A DNA stretch of 64,000 nt from Candidatus Latescibacterota bacterium (GTDB taxonomy: Bacteria > Latescibacterota > UBA2968 > GCA-2709665). Under the pieces are notes generated by a model that worked only from the letters and a program-made list of their open reading frames with translations, did no database searches and had not been told where the DNA came from. The position numbers were made by a program, and so were the translations under genes. Where the stretch lies: positions 2,208,001-2,272,000 of the forward strand of contig OZ244937.1 of NCBI GenBank assembly GCA_965222075.1, written 5' to 3'. This document shows positions 40,968-50,338 of the stretch, piece after piece. The first letter of the stretch is position 1, and every line of letters begins with the position of its first letter.

Positions 40968-42407
40968 TCAGACCACCACCTCCGCCTCGGCCCCCGGGAC
41001 ATCCCGGTTGGCCTCCAGAACCGGATCCACCTCGTCGGCGACAAACGCTTCAACCTGTTCGGGCGCCCGGCCGATAAACGCCTTCACGTCCAGGATCCCG
41101 TCCAGTTCCTCCCGCGTCATTCCATACGCCGGGTCGCCCGCAATCCGATCCAGCAGATCGTTCTCCCCTCCCTCCTCCTTTACCCGGCGCCCGGCCTCCA
41201 TCGCATGCACGCGGGTCTGCTCGTGCAGGGCCTGACGGTCGCCCCCCCGTTTTACGGCCGCCATCAGGATGTTCTCCGTGGCCATAAAGGGAAGTTCCAG
41301 GTCAATATGCCTGCGGATCACCCCCGGATAAACCACCAGGCCTCGAACCACGTTCATGTACAAAATCAGGATCGCATCGACCCCCAGAAACATCTGCGGC
41401 AGCGCCAGACGCTTGTTGGCCGAATCGTCCAGCGTTCGCTCAAACCACTGGGTGGCCGCGGTAAACGCCGGACTCTGCGCCATGGTCATCACAAATCGGG
41501 CCAGGGCGCACATCCGCTCGGTCCGCATCGGATTGCGCTTGTAGGCCATCGCGGACGAACCGATCTGCCCCGCTTCAAAAGGCTCCTCAACCTCCTTGAG
41601 GTGCTGCAGCAGGCGCAAATCGTTTCCGAACTTGTGGGCGGATTGTGCGATGCGGGAGAGCAGATCGGCCACCTGCGCGTCCACCTTGCGCGTATACGTC
41701 TGTCCGGTCACGGCATAGGTCGCCTGAAAGCCCATCTTTTCGGCCACGAGGCAATCCAGCGCCTGCACTTTCTCCGAATCGCCCTCAAAAAGCGCTAAGA
41801 AGCTGGCCTGGGTGCCCGTGGTCCCCTTGGCCCCCCTGAAGCGGAGCCTGGAGAGGTGGTGGTCCAAGTCCTGATAATCGAGCAATACATCCTGAAGCCA
41901 GAGGGCGGCCCGCTTGCCCACGGTAGTCAACTGCGCAGGCTGAAAATGGGTGAACCCCAGGGTGGGCAGGTCCCGATAGGTAAGCGCAAACGCCTTCAGA
42001 TCGGCCATCAAAGCCACCAGCTTACGCCCAACGATCCGGAGGGCGGCCCGCATCTGGATCAATTCCGTATTGTCCTGTACATAGGCGCTGGTCGCCCCTA
42101 AGTGGATGATGGGCCGGGCCTGTGGGCATTGCACGCCGTAGGCGTAGACGTGGGCCATCACATCGTGGCGCACCTCACGCTCACGCTTGCGGGCCACATC
42201 CTCATTCACCTGCTCCCGAAACCGCCGCATCTCCTCAATTTGTGCATCCCTGATGGGAAGGCCCAGTTCCTGTTCCGCCTCGGCCAGCGCGATCCAGAGG
42301 CCGCGCCACGTAGAAAATTTCTTCCCGGACGAGAAAATCTCGGCCATCTCCCTGCTGGCATAACGCTCGACTAAGGGGTTCTCGTAACGCATATCGTCTT
42401 TAGACAT
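40968..42407 (-). CDS. purB: Adenylosuccinate lyase
   Basis: [40 protein letters not shown]. Confidence 0.97.
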   Translation of the reverse strand: MSKDDMRYENPLVERYASREMAEIFSSGKKFSTWRGLWIALAEAEQELGLPIRDAQIEEMRRFREQVNEDVARKREREVRHDVMAHVYAYGVQCPQARPIIHLGATSAYVQDNTELIQMRAALRIVGRKLVALMADLKAFALTYRDLPTLGFTHFQPAQLTTVGKRAALWLQDVLLDYQDLDHHLSRLRFRGAKGTTGTQASFLALFEGDSEKVQALDCLVAEKMGFQATYAVTGQTYTRKVDAQVADLLSRIAQSAHKFGNDLRLLQHLKEVEEPFEAGQIGSSAMAYKRNPMRTERMCALARFVMTMAQSPAFTAATQWFERTLDDSANKRLALPQMFLGVDAILILYMNVVRGLVVYPGVIRRHIDLELPFMATENILMAAVKRGGDRQALHEQTRVHAMEAGRRVKEEGGENDLLDRIAGDPAYGMTREELDGILDVKAFIGRAPEQVEAFVADEVDPVLEANRDVPGAEAEVVV

Positions 42408-42442
42408 AGGCTTATGTTGGCGCTTCAAACGGCTCATCGGGG

Positions 42443-43081
42443 TCAACTCACCCATTCAAACAGCAGCCAGGTCGAGCAAAAGGCCATTCCACCCCCCAGC
42501 ACAACCTGCGCAGGGGTATGGGCACCCAGTTCCACGCGCGCCCAGGACACCGCCAAGGGCACCGGAACCAGGAAGAGGGCCGAGGGACCAAACAGCCAAA
42601 CCAGGGCAGCCAGCGGCCCCCAGACCCCCACGGCATGCAGGCTCACCTTCCACTGGAGGGTAAGCGCCCCCATCAGAACCCCGTGGACCACATAGCACAG
42701 CATCAGTCCACAGACCTCGGGCGGCGCAGACACACAGCGCAGGAGCGCTAAGCCGGCCAGATAACTCCCCAAACCGACCAGCAAGGGCCGCAAACGGGCT
42801 GCCCGCTGCGGGATAAAGAAGCTGTCGATATCCCTCCGGACCAGCAGAAATCCCACATACATCGTGGGCAGTAAGGTACCAAAAACCAGACAGATCCCCA
42901 GCAGAACCCCCAAACGGACCACCGGCTCATCCGTGCGGCAGATCATCAGGGCAAACACGGCTGCGGCGACAACGGGCGGATTGATCACCCCGGAGAGCCC
43001 CGCCGCCAGAACGCGTCGAAACTGCCGTTCGCACACAAAAGGGCCATCCGCTCTCAAAATGCTTAAAAAACCGTGCCCCAT
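42443..43081 (-). CDS. Membrane protein, PAP2-like C-terminus
   Basis: About six hydrophobic segments, WKVSLH and W.RV.L..HT..QV..G. Confidence 0.7.
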   Translation of the reverse strand: MGHGFLSILRADGPFVCERQFRRVLAAGLSGVINPPVVAAAVFALMICRTDEPVVRLGVLLGICLVFGTLLPTMYVGFLLVRRDIDSFFIPQRAARLRPLLVGLGSYLAGLALLRCVSAPPEVCGLMLCYVVHGVLMGALTLQWKVSLHAVGVWGPLAALVWLFGPSALFLVPVPLAVSWARVELGAHTPAQVVLGGGMAFCSTWLLFEWVS

Positions 43082-43132
43082 TTGCCTCTGCCGTCTGCCA
43101 AATTGTATGGTTCGAGTAGATAGCGGATATAC

Positions 43133-43183
43133 AATATACAATAGGGAATGATGCTTGACAAGGGCTTAAATTTGCTCTATACT
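43133..43183. promoter_or_regulatory. Divergent promoters sharing overlapping -35 boxes
   Basis: Plus strand TTGACA(43155)-17-TATACT; minus strand TTGTCA(43161)-17-TATATT. Confidence 0.65.
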
Positions 43184-43294
43184 TTGGGGGGATTGATGAC
43201 ACGTTATCCATAATCTGTACAGGAAGTTGTGTCACTCCCACGGATCACCCATCCCAGGTCCCCGGACCCCTTATTTTAACAGGATACGATCCCC

Positions 43295-44734
43295 ATGCCC
43301 GTGCAGAACCCCAACGTCCGTCCTCCGGCCGTAGCCGGTCAATTCTATCCAGACAGGCCTTCGGAATTGAGGCTCCAGGTGGAAGACATGCTGGGCCGGG
43401 CACCCGATGCGGAGGTGGCAGAAGAGGTACGGGGTCTCATCGCCCCCCATGCCGGTTATCCCTATTCGGGTCAGACCGCGGCGGTCGCCTACCGCCAGGT
43501 GAGGGGTAAGCACTACGATTTTGTGGTCATCATGGCGCCCAGCCACCAGGAGGCCTGCAACGAGATCTCCATTTTTCCAGGTGAAGGCTACGAGACCCCT
43601 CTGGGCGTGGTCCCCGTAGACCAGGATGTGGCCCACGCCCTGGCCCAGGAGGATTCCAGCCTCCACCTCTCCCTGGCCGGACACCGGGTGGTCCCCACCA
43701 GAGGCCTCACCAACGCCCTGCGGGGGGAACACGCGGTGGAGGTCCAGATCCCCTTTTTGCAGGTCGCCCTGCCCAACCTGCGGGTCGTTCCCATCGTCAT
43801 GGACATCCGGTCCTTTGAAACCTGCCTGCGCCTGGCCGACGCGCTGGTCAGGGCCGCAGAGGGCAGGAAGGTCCTCATCGTCGCCAGCTCGGACCTCTAC
43901 CACGGATACGACTACGATGAATGCATCATCAGCGATGCCTGCACCTTAAGTGAAATCGAGGCATTCGATCCGAATCGGTTTGCCACCGACCTGGAAACCG
44001 GGCGTGTCCAGGCCTGCGGTGGGGCCCCTATTTTGGCGCTTATGCTGGCCGCCGACCAGATGGGTGCACACCGGGCCAAGGTCGTAAGCCATACCAATTC
44101 CAGCGATGTGGTCGGAGAACCGGGAGGTTACGTGGTGGGATACGGCGCAGCCCTCTTCTACGATGCACCGGCCAGTGAGGTCCATCAGGGTGAACTGACG
44201 GAGACAGACCGGGCCGCGCTGGGTCAAATCGCACGGGAAGCGGTGCAGCGGTCCGTGTGTGGCAACACGCTTGGTGAACCGACGCTCCACACGCCGGGGC
44301 TCAGATGCAAAAGGGGCGCTTTTGTTACCCTCCGCTGTCAAACCAAGCTTCGGGGCTGCATCGGCGACATCCGTGGAAATGAGCCACTGGGAATCACCAT
44401 ACAAAACATGGCGGTTGCAGCGGCATCCCGGGATCCCCGCTTTCCACCGCTCTTGGAAGTGGAACTGGGCGATCTGGAAATCGAAGTCTCGGTACTGGGT
44501 ACCATGCAGCGGGTCACCACCCCATCGGAAATCGAAGTCGGGCGCGACGGCCTCTGCATTCGACGGGGCAAGGACCAGGGCATCCTGCTGCCGCAGGTGG
44601 CCGTAGAGCAGGGATGGGACCGCAGCCAATTCCTCAACCACACCTGCCTCAAGGCCCAACTCCCACCCACGGCCTGGCAGCACCCTGACACAGAGATCTG
44701 GACCTTCGCCGCAGACGTATTCTCAGCTGACTGA
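43295..44734 (+). CDS. amrB: AmmeMemoRadiSam protein B (MEMO1-like) fused to protein A (AMMECR1-like)
   Basis: R.PAVAGQFYP, PHAGY.YSG, EHAVEVQ, ASSDL.H, ACG, VVGY, followed by GAFVTL, LRGCIG, DPRF and LLPQV. Confidence 0.92.
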   Translation: MPVQNPNVRPPAVAGQFYPDRPSELRLQVEDMLGRAPDAEVAEEVRGLIAPHAGYPYSGQTAAVAYRQVRGKHYDFVVIMAPSHQEACNEISIFPGEGYETPLGVVPVDQDVAHALAQEDSSLHLSLAGHRVVPTRGLTNALRGEHAVEVQIPFLQVALPNLRVVPIVMDIRSFETCLRLADALVRAAEGRKVLIVASSDLYHGYDYDECIISDACTLSEIEAFDPNRFATDLETGRVQACGGAPILALMLAADQMGAHRAKVVSHTNSSDVVGEPGGYVVGYGAALFYDAPASEVHQGELTETDRAALGQIAREAVQRSVCGNTLGEPTLHTPGLRCKRGAFVTLRCQTKLRGCIGDIRGNEPLGITIQNMAVAAASRDPRFPPLLEVELGDLEIEVSVLGTMQRVTTPSEIEVGRDGLCIRRGKDQGILLPQVAVEQGWDRSQFLNHTCLKAQLPPTAWQHPDTEIWTFAADVFSAD

Positions 44735-44744
44735 TCCCTCCCAA

Positions 44745-46940
44745 ATGAAACTGCGAGCCATATTAAGCCTGCAAACCATCCAGAAACTCCGTCGGATCGC
44801 AGGGGTGGCGGGCCTCTCTCCGGATCCGTCGGGCAATAAGACCGCACTGATTGACCTGCTCTGCGGCCCCCTTTCAAAGCCCGAAGCGGTCGCCGCTCGG
44901 CTGGACGCGCTCACCCCCGAGCAACGGGAATTTGCCACAGCCCTTGCCGCTGAGGGCGGGGAGCTCTTAGAAGCCGAGGCCGTTGGTGAACTGAGCAACG
45001 GATTTGTCCGCCCGTTTCGGGCCCTGCTTTGCGCCCTCTCAGAAGCGGGCCTCGTCTTCCAGGATTCTGAGACCCTGGGCCCCGATTGCCCCCTGGTGGG
45101 CATTCCCGACCCTCTGCTCAGATCGATCCCCGTTCCCCAAGCCGACCAGGGCCGCCTCCGGCAGGTCATGAAAACGACCTCTATCGGGCTGTTGCGGGCC
45201 TTTGCCCGGGACTTAGGGGCTCTGTCCCGGGATGCCCAGCGGCCCTTCGTTGTCCAGGCCATCCGCGCCCACCTCCTCAACCCGGAACATCTGAAGGCCT
45301 ATATGAACGGCCTGTCGGAAGAAAAAAGGGCCATCCTGAGCCGGATTCTGAAGGTCGATGAGATCACTCCGGAGGAAATCAGGGAAGGGGTGGGAGGCGC
45401 CTCAGCACGGGAACTGGACGAGATGCTCTGGAAGACCCCCCTCTTTTTCTCACCCCTGCCTGCCCGCCTGCGCGCTGCGCGCGGGCAGGCGCCGAGTTCT
45501 GCTCGGCAGGCAGGTCGGCAGGCAGGCGGAGACCGCAGCCGCCCGAACGCCGCAATCCGGCTGGCTACAGACCTGCGCCAGACCATGCAGGCCATCGCCG
45601 ATTCGCAGGGCGGTCATCTGCAAAGTCGGCCTGAGGAAGCCCTGAAAGAAATGCCGGAACCGCCCGCCCAGGTCCGGAACAATACCCCCTACCTCCTGCA
45701 CGACCTGGCCACCCTGCTGGGATTTATCGAGCAAAGGCGTCCCCGGCTGCTCAAACGCGGAGGTCTCGCCAAGGCAGAACTTGCCAGACAGTGCTATCGG
45801 GGCGACACCGATCCAGGATACCCGGAATTCCTGACGCTCTTTACCGAAGCCTCCGGGATGGTCCATCCCGAAGGCGGGTTCTGGCGCCTTTCGGAAAATG
45901 TTGGAGAACGGCTCGAAGAAGCCATCCAGATGCAGAAGGCCCTGCTCGCCTTCTGGCAGGAAACCGAGCGGTGGAACGAGTGGACCGCAGCCCGGCCCGC
46001 CTCCTCGGCGCGTCGGGACCGAATCGATGCGCTCAAATCCCTCCGGCAGGAAGTCCTCAAAGGACTCCGGACCTGCCCAAAGGACTGCTGGGTCGCCTAC
46101 CCCCGATTCTATCGCCTCCTTGTGGGATCCTCAGAACCGTTCCGGCACCTTGCCGGACACCCCGCAACCGGGCGCGCCCTGGCCGCAGGGGGCACAACAG
46201 CCGATGAGCTGCTCCGCCGGATGTTCCGGGGCGCGCTTACCTGGATGGGCCTGACCGTGCTTGGCAACCCGGACGCGTTTGCCCTGCCCCTGCACCGGGA
46301 AGAGCGGGCCTCGTTTCGGGTCACCCCCCTGGGTCGCGCCCTGCTTGAGGGAGAGGGAACAGAGGCCTTCCGGGACGCCGCGCCTCCAACGAACCCGGAC
46401 GCCCGGTTTGTCCTGCAGCCCAACCTTGAGATCCTCTCACCGCCCGACCTCCCCTATGCCCGGTTCATCGCCCTCTTCGGCCTTGCGGACCTGAAATCCA
46501 TCGACGTGATGACCCACTTTCAAATCACCCGGGAGGCGTTTCAAAGGGCGATGAACCGGGGGGCATCGGGGGACGCGATCCGGGAATTCCTGAAAACCAA
46601 CAGCGCCACCGGACTGCCTGACATCGTGGAGGCCCTGATTGAAGAGTGCGAAAGCAAACACGGCGAAATCGAAATCGGCCCGGCCTCAGGCTACCTGACC
46701 GTGGCGCGCGAGGCCTTACTCGACGAACTCTATGCCCAGACGCAGATTGCCGTCTGCTTAGGCCTCCGGGTTTCTCCAACCGAGGCGGTCCTCAAGCCAG
46801 ACACGAAGCCCGAAGCCCTCATTCAGCTCCTCCACAAACAGGGCTACATGCCCCGCCTGATGCACGCGCTTGAGGACGAAAAGAACGGGCGCCACCAGGT
46901 GGTCCAGCGCCCCGGAAAGTCGCCCGGATATCAAGCTTGA
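44745..46940 (+). CDS. Helicase-associated domain protein (XPB/Ssl2 N-terminal Helicase_C_3-like)
   Basis: VLQPNLEI..P, F.IT....RA...G.....I..FL.....LP..V...I..........I.I. No Walker motifs. Confidence 0.7.
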   Translation: MKLRAILSLQTIQKLRRIAGVAGLSPDPSGNKTALIDLLCGPLSKPEAVAARLDALTPEQREFATALAAEGGELLEAEAVGELSNGFVRPFRALLCALSEAGLVFQDSETLGPDCPLVGIPDPLLRSIPVPQADQGRLRQVMKTTSIGLLRAFARDLGALSRDAQRPFVVQAIRAHLLNPEHLKAYMNGLSEEKRAILSRILKVDEITPEEIREGVGGASARELDEMLWKTPLFFSPLPARLRAARGQAPSSARQAGRQAGGDRSRPNAAIRLATDLRQTMQAIADSQGGHLQSRPEEALKEMPEPPAQVRNNTPYLLHDLATLLGFIEQRRPRLLKRGGLAKAELARQCYRGDTDPGYPEFLTLFTEASGMVHPEGGFWRLSENVGERLEEAIQMQKALLAFWQETERWNEWTAARPASSARRDRIDALKSLRQEVLKGLRTCPKDCWVAYPRFYRLLVGSSEPFRHLAGHPATGRALAAGGTTADELLRRMFRGALTWMGLTVLGNPDAFALPLHREERASFRVTPLGRALLEGEGTEAFRDAAPPTNPDARFVLQPNLEILSPPDLPYARFIALFGLADLKSIDVMTHFQITREAFQRAMNRGASGDAIREFLKTNSATGLPDIVEALIEECESKHGEIEIGPASGYLTVAREALLDELYAQTQIAVCLGLRVSPTEAVLKPDTKPEALIQLLHKQGYMPRLMHALEDEKNGRHQVVQRPGKSPGYQA
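45455..45526. repeat. 72-bp CCTGCCTGCC...GGCAGGCAGG nested palindromic element within the CDS
   Basis: 10-bp terminal inverted repeats with internal hairpins. The length is divisible by 3 and the segment encodes low-complexity sequence within PLPARLRAARGQAPSSARQAGRQAG. Confidence 0.75.
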
Positions 46941-46965
46941 CATTTACCTTTGGAAACCCTATATT
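46937..46965 (+). promoter_or_regulatory. Sigma70-type promoter
   Basis: TTGACA-17 bp-TATATT. Confidence 0.75.
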
Positions 46966-47056
46966 GCTCGCGGTATCCGGGAGTTTGCCCCCCGAAAGTA
47001 GAGGTAAGGGCACAGTCTGGTGTGCCCTGTGTTGAACCCAGATACGGTACTCCTTC

Positions 47057-47872
47057 ATGGAAATCCGCTACTCAATCCGCGAGCCGATGGCCCCCGGCAA
47101 GACCCTCATTGAAAAATTCCGCAACCTCGCAGAGATCGGGATTGCCGGCATCGAAATGACCGCCAGCAGCACCTGGGAACACGCCGACGAGATCCGAAAG
47201 GCCTCCAGGAAGACCGGCGTCGTCCCCAACATCTTCTCCTCCCGGGGGGGGATGGGCCTCTTAGACGCCCGGCGAGACGAGCGGCAAAAAGCGATAAAAT
47301 CCCTCAAAGAGGCCCTCTCGCTCTGCGGAGAACTGGGCGGCATCGGCGTCATCTTCCCCCCGCTCATCGGCATCAAACTGGGAGGGGGCGAACGCATCCC
47401 CGACCTCTCTCCCCTGGCCGGCACCGCAGAACTGGAGCGCGACCTCCTCGTCGAGATCCTGAAAGGGGAGATCGCGCCTTATGCCGAAAGCTGCGGGTGC
47501 AGCGTCATCATCGAACCCCTCAACCGCTACGAGCAGTGGTGGCCCTGCACCCTGGCGGATGGCGTGGCCGTCTGTGAAGCCGTCGACAGCCCCGGCATTA
47601 CCGTCATGGCCGACTTCTTCCACATGAGCATCGAAGAGTGCGACATGGCCGATGCCATCCGGGTCGGGGGCAGTAGACTCACAAACGTCCACCTCGCAGA
47701 CAGCAACCGGGTCCTGCCCGGCTCTGGCCACACCGATTTCGGACCTGGCCTGGCGGCTCTGGGTGAAATCGGCTACGAACACTTCTGCGGGTTCGAATGC
47801 AGCATCCCCTCCGGCAGCGACCCCGGGGCCGAACTCAAGAGATCGATGGACTACCTCAACAGCCTGCTGTGA
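47057..47872 (+). CDS. Sugar epimerase/isomerase (YcjR/IolO/ketose 3-epimerase-like)
   Basis: IEPLNRYE, DFFHMSIEE, HLADSNR..PG.GH.DF. Confidence 0.88.
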   Translation: MEIRYSIREPMAPGKTLIEKFRNLAEIGIAGIEMTASSTWEHADEIRKASRKTGVVPNIFSSRGGMGLLDARRDERQKAIKSLKEALSLCGELGGIGVIFPPLIGIKLGGGERIPDLSPLAGTAELERDLLVEILKGEIAPYAESCGCSVIIEPLNRYEQWWPCTLADGVAVCEAVDSPGITVMADFFHMSIEECDMADAIRVGGSRLTNVHLADSNRVLPGSGHTDFGPGLAALGEIGYEHFCGFECSIPSGSDPGAELKRSMDYLNSLL

Positions 47873-47888
47873 GAAAGGCGCACGCACC

Positions 47889-48305
47889 ATGGACCAACCT
47901 TCCGAAAAAAGCCTGAAGAGAATGCGGATCTTCGTCGGGAAATACATGGAAAAAACCGGCACCACGGGCCATCCGGATGGTGGCGTCACAGAGGCGGTCG
48001 TCAACGGCCTTGCCGCTCACGTGGACGAACTCGGCCGTCCGCTCTGCCCCTGCAATTTTTACCCCGACAAAAAGGCGGAACTCGAACGCAGCCGGGAATG
48101 GGTCTGCGCCTGCGATGAAATGAAACAGTACAAATACTGCCACTGCCTCCTCTTCGTCACTCCCGAAGGGCTTCCCATCACGGAGTACCTCCCGGAAGAC
48201 CACGAAGGCCGCCAGGTCTACGGCCTGGTCAAAGACCCCACCCCCGACAAAGGCCGCGAAGCCCGCCATAAGATAAAAGACAAAGAAGCAGCCACCCAAT
48301 CCTGA
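47889..48305 (+). CDS. Ferredoxin:thioredoxin reductase catalytic subunit-like protein
   Basis: LG.PLCPC...W.CAC......CHCLLF, i.e. three CxC motifs. Confidence 0.88.
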   Translation: MDQPSEKSLKRMRIFVGKYMEKTGTTGHPDGGVTEAVVNGLAAHVDELGRPLCPCNFYPDKKAELERSREWVCACDEMKQYKYCHCLLFVTPEGLPITEYLPEDHEGRQVYGLVKDPTPDKGREARHKIKDKEAATQS

Positions 48306-48429
48306 ACTTGCTCCCGTAACAGAGCTTCAAGATCCAGCTCCGGCGCTTCCACCTGCCAGAACTGGATCTTTTGTATGCCTCCCGGCTGCCCGTCCGGTCC
48401 TGCTCGGGGTATGAACATAGGAGGAACAG

Positions 48430-49218
48430 ATGCTCCGCATCGCTCTGGCCGCCTTAAAACAGCAGGCCTCCATCCCTGAGGGGGTGGAAAAAATCAAAAC
48501 CGTCCTCCGCGAATGCAAAAAGAAAAAAGTAGACATCGTCTGCACCCCCGAAACCTACCTCCCCGGCCTGCGGGGGGCGAGCTTCGACCTGCCCCCGCCG
48601 GACCAGATCCAGATGGAAGCGGCGCTTCGGGAACTGCGCAGGAGCTGCCGGGAACACCGGGTAGCGGCCATCGTGGGAATGGAATGGATCACAAAGCGCG
48701 GCCTGGAGAACCGGGCCTATGTCATCTCCGCCTCCGGCAGGGTGCTGGGCCACCAGACCAAAAACCAGATCACCCCCGGCGGCGAATCGGACAACTACGT
48801 CCCCGATGGGCAGCGCAGCGTGTTCCAGGTCAACGGCACGAAATTCGGCATCACCATCTGTCACGAAGGCTGGCGCTACCCCGAAACCGTCCGCTGGGCC
48901 GTGGTGCGCGGAGCGAAAATCATCTTCCAGCCCCAGGTCACCGGAAGCGACACCAGAGGTCAAAAACTGAAAAAATGGGGCGACAACTTCTACGAAAAAG
49001 CGATGCAGTGCCGCGCCTTTGAAAACACCGTCTTTTTTGCCAGTGTGAACCAGGCCATGCGCTACCAGAACTCCGCCACCAGCCTCATCGACCCCCAGGG
49101 CTATAAAATCGCCCACATCCCCTATGGCAAAGAGGACCTCCTCATCGCGGACATCGACCCCAAAGACGCAAACAGAAAGATGGCAAAACGCTACAGGCCC
49201 GAGCTGTATCCCGAATAG
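48430..49218 (+). CDS. Carbon-nitrogen hydrolase (nitrilase superfamily)
   Basis: Catalytic triad context: PE, K, ICHE. Confidence 0.9.
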   Translation: MLRIALAALKQQASIPEGVEKIKTVLRECKKKKVDIVCTPETYLPGLRGASFDLPPPDQIQMEAALRELRRSCREHRVAAIVGMEWITKRGLENRAYVISASGRVLGHQTKNQITPGGESDNYVPDGQRSVFQVNGTKFGITICHEGWRYPETVRWAVVRGAKIIFQPQVTGSDTRGQKLKKWGDNFYEKAMQCRAFENTVFFASVNQAMRYQNSATSLIDPQGYKIAHIPYGKEDLLIADIDPKDANRKMAKRYRPELYPE

Positions 49219-49231
49219 CGCACAAAAGCGA

Positions 49232-49259
49232 TTGACTCTCACCGAAAATTGTGTACATT
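49232..49259 (+). promoter_or_regulatory. Candidate folD promoter
   Basis: TTGACT-16 bp-TACATT upstream of the riboswitch. Confidence 0.55.
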
Positions 49260-49277
49260 GAATATCACCTGACAAGA

Positions 49278-49358
49278 CCAACCGGCGCAACTGGCGGATA
49301 ACGTGGGAGCGACCACGGGGGAGCGTCGACCGATACGGAGAGCCGACCGCCTGGGCAA
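49278..49358 (+). promoter_or_regulatory. ZMP/ZTP (pfl) riboswitch
   Basis: GCAACTGGCG..GTGG-loop-CCAC-GGGGGAG ... GCCGACCGCCTGGGCA matches the ZTP aptamer consensus and lies in the folD leader. Confidence 0.88.
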
Positions 49359-49421
49359 AACAGAAAACCCGGGCGGTTTTTCGTCCGGGGCGGAATCTCC
49401 AAAGCGCAGGAGGGCGACCCG

Positions 49422-50309
49422 ATGGCAAAAATCCTCAGTGGAGAAGACGTATCCAAGGACATGCACCGTGAGATGGTGGCGGATGTTGCGCGCCTGAAAA
49501 CGGAGCACAACCTGACCCCGGGCCTGGCCGTTGTGCTGGTCGGAGAAGACCCCGCCTCGGCCGCATACGTAAGATCGAAACAGGCAGCCTGCAAAGAACT
49601 CGGCATCCACTCGGTAAAGCGCAAATTCGACGCCGACCTGCCCGAAGCCGACCTCCTCAAAGTCGTCCAGGAATTAAACGAAGATCCCGCCATTCACGGC
49701 ATCCTCGTCCAGCTCCCCCTTCCGGACCAGATCGATGAAGGGCGGGCGCTCAACGCTCTTTCTCCCTCCAAGGACGTGGACGGTCTCCACCCGATCAATC
49801 TGGGAAAGCTTCAGAGGGGCGAAGTGGGCTTCCTCCCCTGCACCCCCCACGGCGTGCAGCAACTCCTCTTGCGGTCCGGAATCGAAATCAGCGGCAAACA
49901 CGTCGTCATCGTCGGCAGGAGCACCCTGGTGAGCAAACCCTTAGCAGGCATCCTCCTCCAGAAAAGGCCCGACGCCAACGCCACGGTCACCGTTTGCCAC
50001 ACCGGCACCCGGGACATCGCCTCCTTCACCCGCCAGGCCGACATCTTGGTCGTTGCCGCTGGCAGACCCAGGACCATCACCGCCGACATGGTCTCCGAAG
50101 GCGCCGTGGTCGTGGACGTGGGCATCAACAGCATCCCCGCCCCCTCCAGAAAGCGGGGCTACCGTTTGGTCGGAGATGTCGATTTCGATGCGGTCAGCGA
50201 AAAGGCCGGCGCCATCACCCCCGTCCCCGGCGGCGTTGGCCCCATGACCATCACTCTGCTGCTTTACAACACCATCTGGTCGGCAAAACAAACCCACGGA
50301 ATTTCTTAG
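49422..50309 (+). CDS. folD: Bifunctional methylene-THF dehydrogenase/cyclohydrolase
   Basis: PGLAVVLVG.DPAS..YV..K, GILVQLPLP, KDVDG, PCTP.G, TPVPGGVGPMT. Confidence 0.98.
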   Translation: MAKILSGEDVSKDMHREMVADVARLKTEHNLTPGLAVVLVGEDPASAAYVRSKQAACKELGIHSVKRKFDADLPEADLLKVVQELNEDPAIHGILVQLPLPDQIDEGRALNALSPSKDVDGLHPINLGKLQRGEVGFLPCTPHGVQQLLLRSGIEISGKHVVIVGRSTLVSKPLAGILLQKRPDANATVTVCHTGTRDIASFTRQADILVVAAGRPRTITADMVSEGAVVVDVGINSIPAPSRKRGYRLVGDVDFDAVSEKAGAITPVPGGVGPMTITLLLYNTIWSAKQTHGIS

Positions 50310-50338
50310 CCCACCCCCTTCATTTTATCTGTGTCCAA

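Noticed and set aside
48218-48418. 66-aa minus-strand ORF between the FTR-like and nitrilase genes
   Set aside because: It overlaps the FTR 3' end, has no SD and shows no recognisable motif.
49994-50338. N-terminal extension of the 757-aa ORF overlapping folD
   Set aside because: It is an out-of-frame overlap. The signal peptide indicates the start at 50339.
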